From Actinomycetales bacterium (GTDB taxonomy: Bacteria > Actinomycetota > Actinomycetes > Actinomycetales > CAVURS01): 63,775 nucleotides of DNA. Position 1 is the stretch's first letter. The number at the start of each line of letters is the position of its first letter. A program made the position numbers and the translations under genes. Shown piece after piece: positions 8,914 through 21,275 of the stretch. The notes under the pieces were generated by a model, which had not been told where the DNA came from, made no database searches, and saw nothing but the letters and a program-made list of their open reading frames with translations. The DNA lies in NCBI GenBank assembly GCA_045807245.1, contig JBJMHS010000055.1, positions 1 through 63,775 on the forward strand, in the 5' to 3' direction.

Positions 8914-9835
8914 CGGTGACCACCAGCTTGCCCAGCTTGTGCCCGCCGAACGCGGCCAGCGCCTCGGCAGCCTGGTCGAAGGGGTACGTCGCGGCGACCG
9001 GCACGACCAGCGTCCCGTCGGCGACCTGCGCCAGCAAGCGGGGCAGGTGTTCCGCCGCGGGGGCCGCCATGACGCCGGTCACCGTGATGTCGTCGCGACC
9101 CACGGCCTCGTTGGTCGCGCCGAGGGCCGAGGCCAGCCGGCCGCCCGGCGCGAGCAGGCCCGCGAGGGTGGCTGCGTCGCCGGCGGCGTGGACGACCGCC
9201 GTGAGGCCGCCGGGCACTGCCTTGGCCACGGCCGCCTCGAGGTCGTCGGTGTAGTCGATGGCGATGGTGGCGCCCAGATCGGTCACGAAGTCGGCGGCCT
9301 CTGCCCGCGTTGTCGCGAGCACCGTTGCGCCGGTGGCTGCAGCGAGCTGGACTGCGAGTGAGCCGACCCCGCCGGTGGCCCCGCTCACCAGGAGCGAGTC
9401 CGAGGCGCTGAGATCGAGGGCCTCGACCAGCGCGACGGCGGTCAGCCCGGCCAGGCCGACCGCCGCGGCCTGGGCGGAGGTGAGGTTTTCGGGCACCGTG
9501 AACAGCGATCCGGCCGGCACGGACAGGGACTCGATGATCGCGCCCCGGTCCAAGGTCATGCCGGTGATGACTCCGGCGACCCGCTCGCCCACTGCCCGGT
9601 CAGTCACCCCCTCGCCCACGGAGTCGACCTCACCGGCGAAGTCACGACCCAGGACCACGGGGAACTCGTGCGGGATCATCCCCCAGACGTAGCCCGCCGC
9701 CACCGCCGCGTCGAAGCCGTTGACCGATGCCGCCTCGACTCGGACGCTGACCTCGCCGGCGCCGGGCCCCGCCGTGGGGACCTCCTGGACAGCCGGTGTG
9801 TCCTCGCGGCTGGCGATGGCAAGGGCTCTGGTCAT
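8906..9835 (-). CDS. NADP-dependent quinone oxidoreductase (MDR family)
   Basis: AASVNGFD, FPVVLGRDFAGEV, GATGGVGSLAVQLA, GKLVV. Confidence 0.9.
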   Translation of the reverse strand: MTRALAIASREDTPAVQEVPTAGPGAGEVSVRVEAASVNGFDAAVAAGYVWGMIPHEFPVVLGRDFAGEVDSVGEGVTDRAVGERVAGVITGMTLDRGAIIESLSVPAGSLFTVPENLTSAQAAAVGLAGLTAVALVEALDLSASDSLLVSGATGGVGSLAVQLAAATGATVLATTRAEAADFVTDLGATIAIDYTDDLEAAVAKAVPGGLTAVVHAAGDAATLAGLLAPGGRLASALGATNEAVGRDDITVTGVMAAPAAEHLPRLLAQVADGTLVVPVAATYPFDQAAEALAAFGGHKLGKLVVTVA

Positions 9836-9948
9836 GACGCTGCCTCCCGGGGGCGGCGCCTGTCGGCGCCGGTCGTTGAAAACTTGATCAATCGGAAGGC
9901 TACCCCTGGCCCTTCTCGCCGTCGCAGTGGAGTACCTACCCTGGCGAC

Positions 9949-11388
9949 GTGACCTTGACCTCTGCCTCCGCCCCGTCCATCGCCGTCAAGACTGCGGACG
10001 AGCTCGCACCGCCCACACCCGAGATCGACCGGGCCGCGGCGCAGCGGGCCTACGACGACGACCGCGCCCACGTCTTCCACTCCTGGTCCGCCCAAGGGGC
10101 GCTGAAGCCGATGGTCGTGGCCTCGGCGCAGGGCAGCTGGGTGTGGGACGGCGACGGGAACCGCTATCTCGACTTCAGCTCCCAGCTGGTCAACACCAAC
10201 ATCGGGCACCAGCACCCGAAGGTGGTCGCGGCGATCCAGGCCCAGGCGGCCAAGATGGCCACCGTCGCGCCGCAGCACGCGAACGAGGCCCGCAGCGAGG
10301 CGGCCCGGCTGATCACCGAACGCGCCCCGGGCGGCGACTTCCACTACGTGTTCTTCACCAACGGTGGTGCCGAGGCGATCGAGAACGCGGTCCGGATGGC
10401 CCGGCTGCACACGGGCCGGCGCAAGGTCCTGTCCCGCTACCGCAGCTACCACGGCAACACCCAGACGGCGATCCACCTCACCGGGGACCCGCGCCGCTGG
10501 CCGAACGACTCGGCGGCCGAGGGCGTCCTGCACTTCTTCGGTCCGTACCTGTACCGCTCGGAGTTCAACGCGACGAGTGAGCAGGAGGAGTGCGACCGCG
10601 CGCTCGCCCACCTGCGCCAGGTCGTGGCCATGGAGGGCGCCGCGACGATCGCCGCCATCGTCCTGGAGACGATCCCGGGTACGGCGGGCATCATGATCCC
10701 GCCGCCGGGTTACCTGGCCGGTGTGCGCGAGATCTGTGACGCCGCAGGCATCATGCTCATCGCGGACGAGGTCATGGCCGGGTTCGGCCGGGCCGGTGAC
10801 TGGTTCGCCATCGACGCGCACCGCACGGCCGACGGCGGCCCCGTCGTACCCGACCTGGTGACCTTCGCCAAAGGCGTGAACTCGGGCTATGTGCCGCTCG
10901 GCGGCGTCATCGTGTCCGACGCCATCTACGACACCTTCCGCGACCGCGTGTTCCCCGGCGGCCTGACCTACTCCGGGCACCCGCTCGCGACCGCGGCGGC
11001 CGTCGCGACGATCAACGCGATGACCGAGGAGCGGATGATCGAGAACGCGCGCTCGATCGGCGCGGACGTCATCAAGCCCGGCCTGGAGGCCATCGCGGCG
11101 GCGCACCCGAGCGTCGGCGAGGTCCGGGGGACGGGCGTGTTCTGGTGCGTGGAGCTCGTCCGGGACAAGGGCACCCGCGAGTCGCTGACGCCGTACAACG
11201 CCGCCGGCTCGGACTACGCGCCGATGACCGACCTGGTGGCCGCCTGCAAGCAGCGCGGCCTGCTGCCGTTCACGAACATGAGCCGGCTGCACGTCGTACC
11301 GCCGTGCAACGTGACGGCCGACGAGACGCGGCTCGGGCTGTCCCTGCTCGACGAGGCGATCGGCCAGATGGAGGCCAAGCATCTCTGA
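9949..11388 (+). CDS. class III PLP aminotransferase (omega-amine type)
   Basis: YLDFSSQL, SYHG, IADEVMAGFGR, TFAKGVNSGY. Confidence 0.93.
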   Translation: MTLTSASAPSIAVKTADELAPPTPEIDRAAAQRAYDDDRAHVFHSWSAQGALKPMVVASAQGSWVWDGDGNRYLDFSSQLVNTNIGHQHPKVVAAIQAQAAKMATVAPQHANEARSEAARLITERAPGGDFHYVFFTNGGAEAIENAVRMARLHTGRRKVLSRYRSYHGNTQTAIHLTGDPRRWPNDSAAEGVLHFFGPYLYRSEFNATSEQEECDRALAHLRQVVAMEGAATIAAIVLETIPGTAGIMIPPPGYLAGVREICDAAGIMLIADEVMAGFGRAGDWFAIDAHRTADGGPVVPDLVTFAKGVNSGYVPLGGVIVSDAIYDTFRDRVFPGGLTYSGHPLATAAAVATINAMTEERMIENARSIGADVIKPGLEAIAAAHPSVGEVRGTGVFWCVELVRDKGTRESLTPYNAAGSDYAPMTDLVAACKQRGLLPFTNMSRLHVVPPCNVTADETRLGLSLLDEAIGQMEAKHL

Positions 11389-11439
11389 TCTCCGCCGGCC
11401 TGTGGAGTCCGCTGTCACTGACCCCTAGGCTCGGCCGTC

Positions 11440-12693
11440 GTGAAGGTTCTCGTCGTCGGATCCGGGGCGCGCGAGCACGCGCTCGTCGTCACGCTGCTCG
11501 CTGACCCGGCCGTGTCGGCCGTCGAGGCCGCACCGGGCAACGCGGGCATGGCGGCGGCCGTGCCATGTCATGCGGTCGAGGTGACCGACCCTGAGGCCGT
11601 GGCCAAGCTGGCCGAGTCGATCGGTGCCGACCTGGTCGTGATCGGGCCGGAGGCGCCCCTGGTCGCCGGAGTCGCCGACGCCGTCCGGGCGAGTGGCGTC
11701 GCCTGCTTCGGGCCGTCGGCCGGAGCGGCTCAGCTCGAGGGCAGCAAGGCGTTCGCCAAGTCCGTCATGGCTGCGGCCGGGGTGCCCACCGCGCAGAGCC
11801 GGGTCTGTACGACGGAGCTCGAGGTCGCGGCCGCACTCGAGACGTTCGGGGCACCGTACGTCGTCAAGGAGGACGGGCTCGCGGCCGGCAAGGGCGTGGT
11901 CGTGACGTTCGACCGCGGCGAGGCCGTCGACCATGCGCGCGGCTGCCTGTCGCGCGGGCCGCAGGTCGTCATCGAGGAGTACCTGGACGGCCCGGAGGTG
12001 TCGCTGTTCTGCCTGTCCGACGGGTCGTCCGTCGTCGCGCTCGCGCCCGCCCAGGACTTCAAACGCGTCGGCGACGACAACACGGGGCCGAACACCGGTG
12101 GCATGGGGGCCTACTCGCCGCTCGAGTGGGCGCCCGCCGACCTGGTCGAAGACGTGCTGGCGTCGGTCGCGCGGCCGACCATCGAGGAGATGCAACGGCG
12201 CGGGCTGCCGTTCTCCGGGGTCCTGTACGTGGGCCTGGCCCTCACGGCGAGTGGGCCGAAGGTGATCGAGTTCAACGTCCGGTTCGGCGACCCCGAGACG
12301 CAGGTCGTCCTGGCCCGGCTGCGCACGCCCCTGGGCGCGCTGCTGCTGGCTGCCGCCCAGGGCCGGCTCGGTTCGCTGGAACCTCTGCGGTGGAGTGGCA
12401 ACGCGGCGGTGACGGTGGTGCTGGCGACGGAGGGCTACCCGTCCGAGCCCAGGCTGGGCGACTCGGTCGCCGGGATCGACGACGCGGACGCGGTGCCCGG
12501 CGTACGCGTCCTGCACGCGGGGACGGCGTCCATGGACGGGACCGTCGTCGCCTCAGGTGGTCGCGTCCTGTCGGTGGTCGGGACCGGGCCGGACATCGCC
12601 GCGGCGCGGGAGGCCGCGTATGCCGGGATGTCGCGAATCTCGTTGCGGGGCGGGCATTTCCGCTCCGACATCGCGCGGGCGGCGGCGCAGTGA
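11440..12693 (+). CDS. purD: phosphoribosylamine--glycine ligase
   Basis: VGSGAREHAL, LEGSKAFAK, DGLAAGKGV, GPNTGGMGAY, EFNVRFGDPETQ. Confidence 0.97.
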   Translation: MKVLVVGSGAREHALVVTLLADPAVSAVEAAPGNAGMAAAVPCHAVEVTDPEAVAKLAESIGADLVVIGPEAPLVAGVADAVRASGVACFGPSAGAAQLEGSKAFAKSVMAAAGVPTAQSRVCTTELEVAAALETFGAPYVVKEDGLAAGKGVVVTFDRGEAVDHARGCLSRGPQVVIEEYLDGPEVSLFCLSDGSSVVALAPAQDFKRVGDDNTGPNTGGMGAYSPLEWAPADLVEDVLASVARPTIEEMQRRGLPFSGVLYVGLALTASGPKVIEFNVRFGDPETQVVLARLRTPLGALLLAAAQGRLGSLEPLRWSGNAAVTVVLATEGYPSEPRLGDSVAGIDDADAVPGVRVLHAGTASMDGTVVASGGRVLSVVGTGPDIAAAREAAYAGMSRISLRGGHFRSDIARAAAQ

Positions 12694-13616
12694 GCGACGC
12701 GCCCGAGCTACCCGGGTATGCCCATGTGTACTCGGGGAAGGTGCGCGACCTGTACGCGCCGCTCGATGCGTCGTCCGGTGAGCCGCGCTCCGACGTGCTG
12801 TTGCTGGTCGCGAGTGATCGCATCTCGGCGTTCGACTACGTGCTCGCCTCACCGGTCCCGGACAAGGGCCGGATCCTGACCCAGCTTTCGCTGTGGTGGT
12901 TCGAACAGCTGGCCGGTGTCGTGCCGCACCATGTCGTCTCGACCGACGTGCCCGCTGCTGTGGCCGGCCGAGCCGTGCTCGTGCGGCGCCTCCGGATGAT
13001 CCCCGTCGAGTGCGTGGCCCGCGCCTACCTGACCGGCGGCGGGCTGGGCGAGTACCTGACGTCGGGGACCGTGAGCGGGGTCTCGCTGCCGGACGGGCTG
13101 GCCGACGGGTCGCGCCTGCCGGTGACCATCTTCACGCCGTCGACCAAGGCGCCGCAGGGGCAGCACGACGAGCCGATCTCGTACGACGACGTGGTGGGTC
13201 AGGTGGGGGAGGCGCTGGCTGAGCGCCTTCGGTCTCTGACCGCCGCCGTGCTCGACCGCGGCAACGAGCTGGCGGCGGCGCGCGGCATCCTGATCGCCGA
13301 CACGAAGGTCGAGTTCGGGCTCGACCTGCCGGAGTCGGCGGCCTGGGCCGATGCCTCGCCGGACGACCTCGTGCTGGCCGACGAGGTGCTCACGCCCGAC
13401 TCCTCGCGGTTCTGGCCCGCTGACCTGTGGGCACCCGGGGGGCCGCAGCCGTCGTACGACAAGCAGTTCGTGCGCGACTGGCTCACCTCGCCGGCGTCCG
13501 GCTGGGACCGCTCGAGCGGTGAGCCGCCGCCCCCGTTGCCGGACGAGGTCGTCGAGCGCACCCGGTCGCGCTACGTCGAGGCCTACCAGCACCTCACCGG
13601 CCGCCCGTTCACCTAA
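12690..13616 (+). CDS. purC: SAICAR synthetase
   Basis: YSGKVRDLY, SDRISAFD, ADTKVEFG, DEVLTPDSSRFW, DKQFVRDW; GTGA overlap with purD. Confidence 0.97.
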   Translation: MSDAPELPGYAHVYSGKVRDLYAPLDASSGEPRSDVLLLVASDRISAFDYVLASPVPDKGRILTQLSLWWFEQLAGVVPHHVVSTDVPAAVAGRAVLVRRLRMIPVECVARAYLTGGGLGEYLTSGTVSGVSLPDGLADGSRLPVTIFTPSTKAPQGQHDEPISYDDVVGQVGEALAERLRSLTAAVLDRGNELAAARGILIADTKVEFGLDLPESAAWADASPDDLVLADEVLTPDSSRFWPADLWAPGGPQPSYDKQFVRDWLTSPASGWDRSSGEPPPPLPDEVVERTRSRYVEAYQHLTGRPFT

Positions 13617-13625
13617 CCCAGTTTG

Positions 13626-13728
13626 GGTACCCCTCAGGTGCCGCTTTGCCCCCCGAAAGCCGCTGACGGAGGCCCGAAACGGCCTCCGGAGCGGCTTTCG
13701 GGGGGCAAAGCGGCTTTCGGGGGGTACC
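13626..13728. repeat. ~100-bp palindromic element, copy 2 (REP/MITE-like; probable terminator role)
   Basis: Perfect 25-bp arms 13640-13664 / 13690-13714, inner hairpin ggaggcc/ggcctcc, outer ggtaccc/gggtacc. Confidence 0.88.
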
Positions 13729-13747
13729 TCAAGCGGGGGGGGTTGGG

Positions 13748-14398
13748 TCAGAAGGTGGTAGGGCCGGCGCCGGCGAGGTCGTGGACGGTCGCGGCTTCGG
13801 GGGCCAGAGCCGTCGTCTGGCGCAGGTAGATGGCGCGTCCGGCCGGGGAGACGATCGCGTCGTGGATCGGTACGACGACGGCCGGGTTCACCGCGCGCAC
13901 GAAGTCGATCGTCTCCTTGAACGCGCACCACGGCGCCGACAGCGGTACGGCGAGCAGGTCGACGCCCTCCGGGACCCGGTCGATCATGTCGCCGGGATGG
14001 AACACTGTCGGTGACCCGTCGGCCGTGAACACCAGCCCGGTGTTGCCGATCCGCGGGATGTCGCGATGGATCACCGCGTGCCGCCCACCGACGCCGGCCA
14101 CCGTCAGCGCGCCGAGCGACGCCGTCGCACCCGCCGGGAACGGCTCAGCCGTCACACCGGCCTCGGCCATCGTCTCGACCGCCCCCGGCTCGGCCAGCAG
14201 CCGGGCATCCGGGTTGGCTTTGACCAGAGCCGGCAGCCGGTCCACGTCGAGGTGGTCCGGGTGCTGGTGGGTGACGAAGATCGCGTCGACCTCCTCGACG
14301 AACTCCAGGTCGGCCGACAGGTTGCCCGGGTCGACCACGATCCGGGCGTCGTCGTACTCCAGCAACAGGCAGCTGTGGCCGAGGTGCGTGATCCGCAT
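13748..14398 (-). CDS. MBL-fold metallo-hydrolase
   Basis: HLGHSCLL, THQHPDH, FHPGD, PIHDA. Confidence 0.9.
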   Translation of the reverse strand: MRITHLGHSCLLLEYDDARIVVDPGNLSADLEFVEEVDAIFVTHQHPDHLDVDRLPALVKANPDARLLAEPGAVETMAEAGVTAEPFPAGATASLGALTVAGVGGRHAVIHRDIPRIGNTGLVFTADGSPTVFHPGDMIDRVPEGVDLLAVPLSAPWCAFKETIDFVRAVNPAVVVPIHDAIVSPAGRAIYLRQTTALAPEAATVHDLAGAGPTTF

Positions 14399-14470
14399 AC
14401 GCCCAGCCTGGCACGCCGCTGCCGGCCGGCCGCGTCGGGAACCCCGAGCACGCTCGATAGGCTGCCGTCC

Positions 14471-14737
14471 GTGGGACGAGTGGTCGTCGACGTGATGCTG
14501 AAGCCCGAGATCCTCGACCCCCAGGGGCAGGCCGTCGCCGGAGCCCTGCCGCGGCTCGGTTTCGAGGGGTTCACCGGGGTCCGCCAGGGCAAGCGGTTCG
14601 AGCTCGAGGTCGACGGGGAGGTGACCGAGGCCGTGCTGGCCCAGGTCCGCGAGGCTGCGACGACGCTCCTGTCGAACCCCGTCATCGAGGACGTCGTGAG
14701 CGTCCGCGTGGCCGGCGAGGCGGGGGCCGGTCACTGA
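14471..14737 (+). CDS. purS: FGAM synthase subunit PurS
   Basis: [35 protein letters not shown]. Confidence 0.96.
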   Translation: MGRVVVDVMLKPEILDPQGQAVAGALPRLGFEGFTGVRQGKRFELEVDGEVTEAVLAQVREAATTLLSNPVIEDVVSVRVAGEAGAGH

Positions 14738-15440
14738 TGCGGATCGGGGTGGTGACCTTCCCGGGGTCGCTCGACGACCGTGACGCGGCCCGGGCGGTAC
14801 GGCGGGCCGGCGGAGAGGCGGTCGCCCTCTGGCACGGCGACGCGGACCTGCACGGAGTGGACGCCGTCGTCCTGCCCGGCGGGTTCTCGTACGGCGACTA
14901 CCTGCGCTGCGGGGCGATCGCGCGGTTCGCGCCGGTCATGGGGCCCCTCGTCGACGCGGCCCGCGGTGGCCTGCCAGTCCTCGGCATCTGCAACGGGTTC
15001 CAGGTGCTGTGCGAGTCGCACCTGCTGCCGGGCGCGCTCGTCCGCAACGACCACCGCAAGTTCATCTGTCGCGACCAGACCTTGCGCGTCGAGAGCACGA
15101 GCACGGCATGGACGAGCGAGTACGCCGAGGGGCAGGAGATCGTGGTACCGCTCAAGAACGGCGAGGGTGGTTTCGTCGCCGACGAGCGAACGCTGGACGA
15201 GCTCGAGGGTGAAGGCCGAGTCGTGGTGCGGTACGTCGTCGACCCGCATCGCGGCCTGGACAACCCCAACGGCTCGTATCGCGACATCGCCGGCATCCGC
15301 AACGCGCGGGGCAACGTCGTCGGCCTGATGCCACACCCCGAGCATGCGACGGAGGCGATGTTCGGTCCGGGCCTGGACGGGCTCGGTTTCTTCAGCTCCG
15401 TCCTGGCCCACCTGCCGTCGACGGCAGGGGTGGCAACCGC

Positions 15441-15444
<4 letters not shown>
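14737..15444 (+). CDS. purQ: FGAM synthase glutaminase subunit
   Basis: [27 protein letters not shown]. Confidence 0.97.
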
Positions 15445-17717
<2,273 letters not shown>

Positions 17718-17721
17718 GGGC

Positions 17722-19917
17722 CTAGCGGTGGCGGCCCCGGTTGGCGCCTCGAGCCGCCCCGAGCAGGACGGACCCGGCCAACAACAGCGCGATGGCCAGG
17801 CTCAGCAGCGGGACCGCCGTCGTACCGGTGAAGGGCAGGGCGTTCGTCGCCTGGGCGCCCTGCACCGGCGGGTCGACCGCACCGGGCGCCGGAGTGCCGC
17901 TCGGCCGTGGCGTCGGCGTCGACCCGGGCGTCGGCGTGGGCACGGCGGCGACCGTCAGGCTGAGGCTGGTGTGCGCGGGGAGGTAGCCGCCGTCACCCTC
18001 CTGGTCGAGGTCGACCACACACGTGCCGGGGCCGGTGAAGGTCACCAGTCCAGTCCAGTGGTTCACGGTGCAGGCACCCGCGCTGCTCGTCGGGTCGATG
18101 CTGAACAGCACCGGCTCCATGTCGGGGCCACCGCGGGCCACGATCTGGTAGGTACCTCCGACGATCGGGTCGGCCGGGGGCATCGAGCTGATGGTGATGG
18201 TCTGCGGAGCCTTGCCCACCGTGGTGCTCTGGCTGATCGGCGCCGCCGGGAGGTAGTTCGCGTCCCCGGCCTGGTCCGCGTCGACGATGCAGGGCCCGGT
18301 CCCGATGAAGTGGACCAGGCCGCTCGGATCGACGACACAGATGCCGAAGCGGGCGCCTGGGTCGAGGCTGAACGTCACCGGCTGGCCCGACGCCCCGCCC
18401 GTCGCGGACAGCTGGAAGGTGTCGTCGACGACGGGGTGGGCCGGAAGTGTCGTCGTGAAGGTCAGCGACTGAGGCGCCCGGCCGACCGTGACCGTCTGGC
18501 TGACCTGCGCGGCTGCGGAGTACGTCGCGTTTCCGGCTTGGTTCGCATCGATCCGGCACGATCCGGCGGCGGTGAAGGTCACCAGACCGGTCGGGGAGAC
18601 GGTGCAGCCGCTGGTCAACGAGTCGACGGCGAACGTGACGTCGTTGCCGGAGCCACCCCCGGTGGCGCTTACCTGGTACGTGTCCCCAACGACGACACTC
18701 ACCGGCGGGAGCGAGGTGAAGCTGATCGACTGCGGGCGCTTGGAGACGGCGAAGGCCTGGGTGACGTGCGGAGCCGCGCTGTACGTCGCATCGCCGGTCT
18801 GGTCGGCGCCGATCACGCAGGTCCCCATGCCGGTGAGGTGAACCAGGCCGGCGGCGTCGATGAGGCAGGCGCCGGCGTCGCTGGTGGCGTCGGTCGCGAA
18901 GGTCACCGGGTGGCCCGAGCCCCCTCCGGTCGCGGTCGGCTGGTAGCCGTCACCGACGAGCATGTTGGTGGACGGCCGCGAGGTGAACGCAATCGTCTGC
19001 CCGCCCTTGCCGATGAGGAGCGTCTGGGTCACGCGTGGCGCGGCCGTGTAGTTCGAGTCGCCCGCCTGGTCCGCGTCGATCACGCAGCTGCCGACGGCGC
19101 TGAACCGGACGACGCCGGACCCGTTGACGCTGCAGGCACCGCGCGTGCTCGTCGAGTCGACGGTGAACGTCACCGGCTGTCCGGATCCGCCGCCCGTGGC
19201 CACGACCTGGTATGTCTCGTCGACCTTGGGACTCGCCGGCGGCGTGGAGGTGATGGTGATGGCCTGAGCGCCCTGGCCGACGGTCATCGACTGGCTCGAT
19301 GCGGGTGCGGCCTCCCAGTCATCGTCGCCGCCTTGGTTGGCGGCGATGACACACTGACCCACGCCGGTGAACCGGACCAGACCGGTCGCGCTGACGGTGC
19401 AAGCACCGGCGTCACTGGCCGCACCGGCCGAGAACGTCACGGGCAGCTTGGAGCCGCTCTTGGCGGTGGCCTGGTAGCTGTCGCCGGCAACCGGGTTCGA
19501 GGGCTTCGCCGACGTGAACGTGATCACCTGCTTTCCCTTCTCGATCGTGATGGAGAAGGGGTCGCTGATGAACGTCTCGACGCCTTTGGTGACCTTCAGC
19601 GAGAACACCCAGGTGCCGGCCGCGGTCGGTACGCCGGAGACGAACGCTGCGTTCGGGTGGAGGTCCAGTCCGGGCGGCAGCTGGCCGCTGGCGACTGAGA
19701 ACGTGACGGGGAGGCCGAAGGGTTGAGTGATCGGCACGCTGTTCAGGTAGGCGTCGCCCACCGTGCCGTCCACCAGGGCGGTGGGCTGCGTGGCCGCCGC
19801 CGCAGGTGCCACGGTGGTCGGTGCGACGACGGCAAGGCCGAGTCCGAGCACGGCACTGAGCGCGAAGACCAGAACGGCAGAGCGGGTGGGCAGACCCGAC
19901 AGGAATCCCCTGAACAT
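17722..19917 (-). CDS. sortase-anchored surface protein with Ig-like repeats
   Basis: Signal peptide, putative Ig domain (GQLPPGL..SGVPTAAG), six ~88-aa two-Cys repeats, Pro/Thr linker, LPFTG + hydrophobic segment + RGRHR tail. Confidence 0.88.
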   Translation of the reverse strand: MFRGFLSGLPTRSAVLVFALSAVLGLGLAVVAPTTVAPAAAATQPTALVDGTVGDAYLNSVPITQPFGLPVTFSVASGQLPPGLDLHPNAAFVSGVPTAAGTWVFSLKVTKGVETFISDPFSITIEKGKQVITFTSAKPSNPVAGDSYQATAKSGSKLPVTFSAGAASDAGACTVSATGLVRFTGVGQCVIAANQGGDDDWEAAPASSQSMTVGQGAQAITITSTPPASPKVDETYQVVATGGGSGQPVTFTVDSTSTRGACSVNGSGVVRFSAVGSCVIDADQAGDSNYTAAPRVTQTLLIGKGGQTIAFTSRPSTNMLVGDGYQPTATGGGSGHPVTFATDATSDAGACLIDAAGLVHLTGMGTCVIGADQTGDATYSAAPHVTQAFAVSKRPQSISFTSLPPVSVVVGDTYQVSATGGGSGNDVTFAVDSLTSGCTVSPTGLVTFTAAGSCRIDANQAGNATYSAAAQVSQTVTVGRAPQSLTFTTTLPAHPVVDDTFQLSATGGASGQPVTFSLDPGARFGICVVDPSGLVHFIGTGPCIVDADQAGDANYLPAAPISQSTTVGKAPQTITISSMPPADPIVGGTYQIVARGGPDMEPVLFSIDPTSSAGACTVNHWTGLVTFTGPGTCVVDLDQEGDGGYLPAHTSLSLTVAAVPTPTPGSTPTPRPSGTPAPGAVDPPVQGAQATNALPFTGTTAVPLLSLAIALLLAGSVLLGAARGANRGRHR

Positions 19918-20153
19918 GTGACTTCCCCAGACGGACGGATGCTCTCGGACGGAGCAATTCAGGGCCTTCCGGACGAAGGCCGCGCGAGCAGGGTAGCGCG
20001 CCGCCGTCCAGTCTGTGGGGCACTTCCGTAGCTCGCTAGAGACCTAAGTCGCCAACCCCGGACGACGGCAACAGTTGGATTGCGGCCATTTCGCAACGAA
20101 ATCCGTTGCCTAAGGCTGTCGTGGGCGTTCAATCTGTCGGTATCCTGCCCCGC

Positions 20154-21203
20154 ATGTCCGAAGCGACCGACGCCCGGACGCCGGCCATCCGGATGGACGG
20201 TGTCCGCAAGACGTTCGGCGACGTTCAGGCCGTGCGGGGGCTGGACCTGGAGATCGCCGACGGCGAGTTCTTCGCGATGCTCGGCCCGTCGGGCTCGGGC
20301 AAGACCACGGTGCTGCGGATGATCGCCGGGTTCGAGCGACCCGACGATGGGCGCATCCTGCTCGGAGGCCAGGACGTCACGAAGCGGCCGCCGTTCGAGC
20401 GCGATGTCAACACCGTCTTCCAGGACTACGCGCTGTTCCCGCACATGTCGGTGGCGCAGAACGTCCAGTACGGGCTGCGGGTAAAGGGCGTCGGCAAGGC
20501 CGAGCGCGTGCAGCGGGCCGGGGAGGCGCTCGCCAGTGTGCGGCTCGACGGATACGGCGACCGTCGCCCGAGCCAGCTGTCCGGCGGTCAGCGACAGCGC
20601 GTGGCCCTGGCGCGCGCGCTGGTCAACCGGCCCAAGGTGCTCCTGCTCGACGAGCCGCTGGGGGCGCTCGACCTCAAGCTGCGCCAGCAGATGCAGGTCG
20701 AGCTGAAGTCGATCCAGCGCGACGTCGGCATCACCTTCGTGTTCGTGACGCACGACCAGGAGGAGGCACTGACCATGAGCGACCGGATCGCTGTCTTCAA
20801 CGACGGGTCGGTCGAGCAGGTGGGCAGCTCCACGGAGGTGTACGAGAAGCCGGCCACGCCGTTCGTCGCCGGCTTCGTCGGCACGACCAACCTGGTCGAA
20901 GGCGCCGGGGCCACCCGGCTGTTCGGACAGCCTGGCACCTGGAGCATCCGCCCGGAGCGGGTCCGCGTCGCCGAGCCGGGCCAGCCCGTCGCCGCCCACC
21001 AGCGCACGGTCGAAGGCGTCGTCAGCGAGGTGGTCTACCTGGGCTCGGCCCTGCGCCTGCTGGTCGACGTCGGCGGCGGTACGACGCTCATCGCCACTCA
21101 GCCGACCCTCGCCTCTGCCCAGACTGATCTCGACGAATGGCTGGGCCGCAAGGTCCGGCTGGTCTGGGACGCCGGTCACGCCCGCAATGTGAATGCCGCC
21201 TAG
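20154..21203 (+). CDS. polyamine-type ABC transporter ATP-binding protein (PotA-like)
   Basis: [28 protein letters not shown]-terminal TOBE-like region. Confidence 0.94.
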   Translation: MSEATDARTPAIRMDGVRKTFGDVQAVRGLDLEIADGEFFAMLGPSGSGKTTVLRMIAGFERPDDGRILLGGQDVTKRPPFERDVNTVFQDYALFPHMSVAQNVQYGLRVKGVGKAERVQRAGEALASVRLDGYGDRRPSQLSGGQRQRVALARALVNRPKVLLLDEPLGALDLKLRQQMQVELKSIQRDVGITFVFVTHDQEEALTMSDRIAVFNDGSVEQVGSSTEVYEKPATPFVAGFVGTTNLVEGAGATRLFGQPGTWSIRPERVRVAEPGQPVAAHQRTVEGVVSEVVYLGSALRLLVDVGGGTTLIATQPTLASAQTDLDEWLGRKVRLVWDAGHARNVNAA

Positions 21204-21275
21204 CCACCGCTATGAGTCTCGGAAACCGTTGTCGCGCAGCACTGTTCGCCTAGAATCCTGACACTGGAGGACCAC

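Noticed and set aside
11389..11439. Purine/ZTP riboswitch upstream of pur genes
   Set aside because: The spacers are short and the genes look leaderless; no aptamer was recognised
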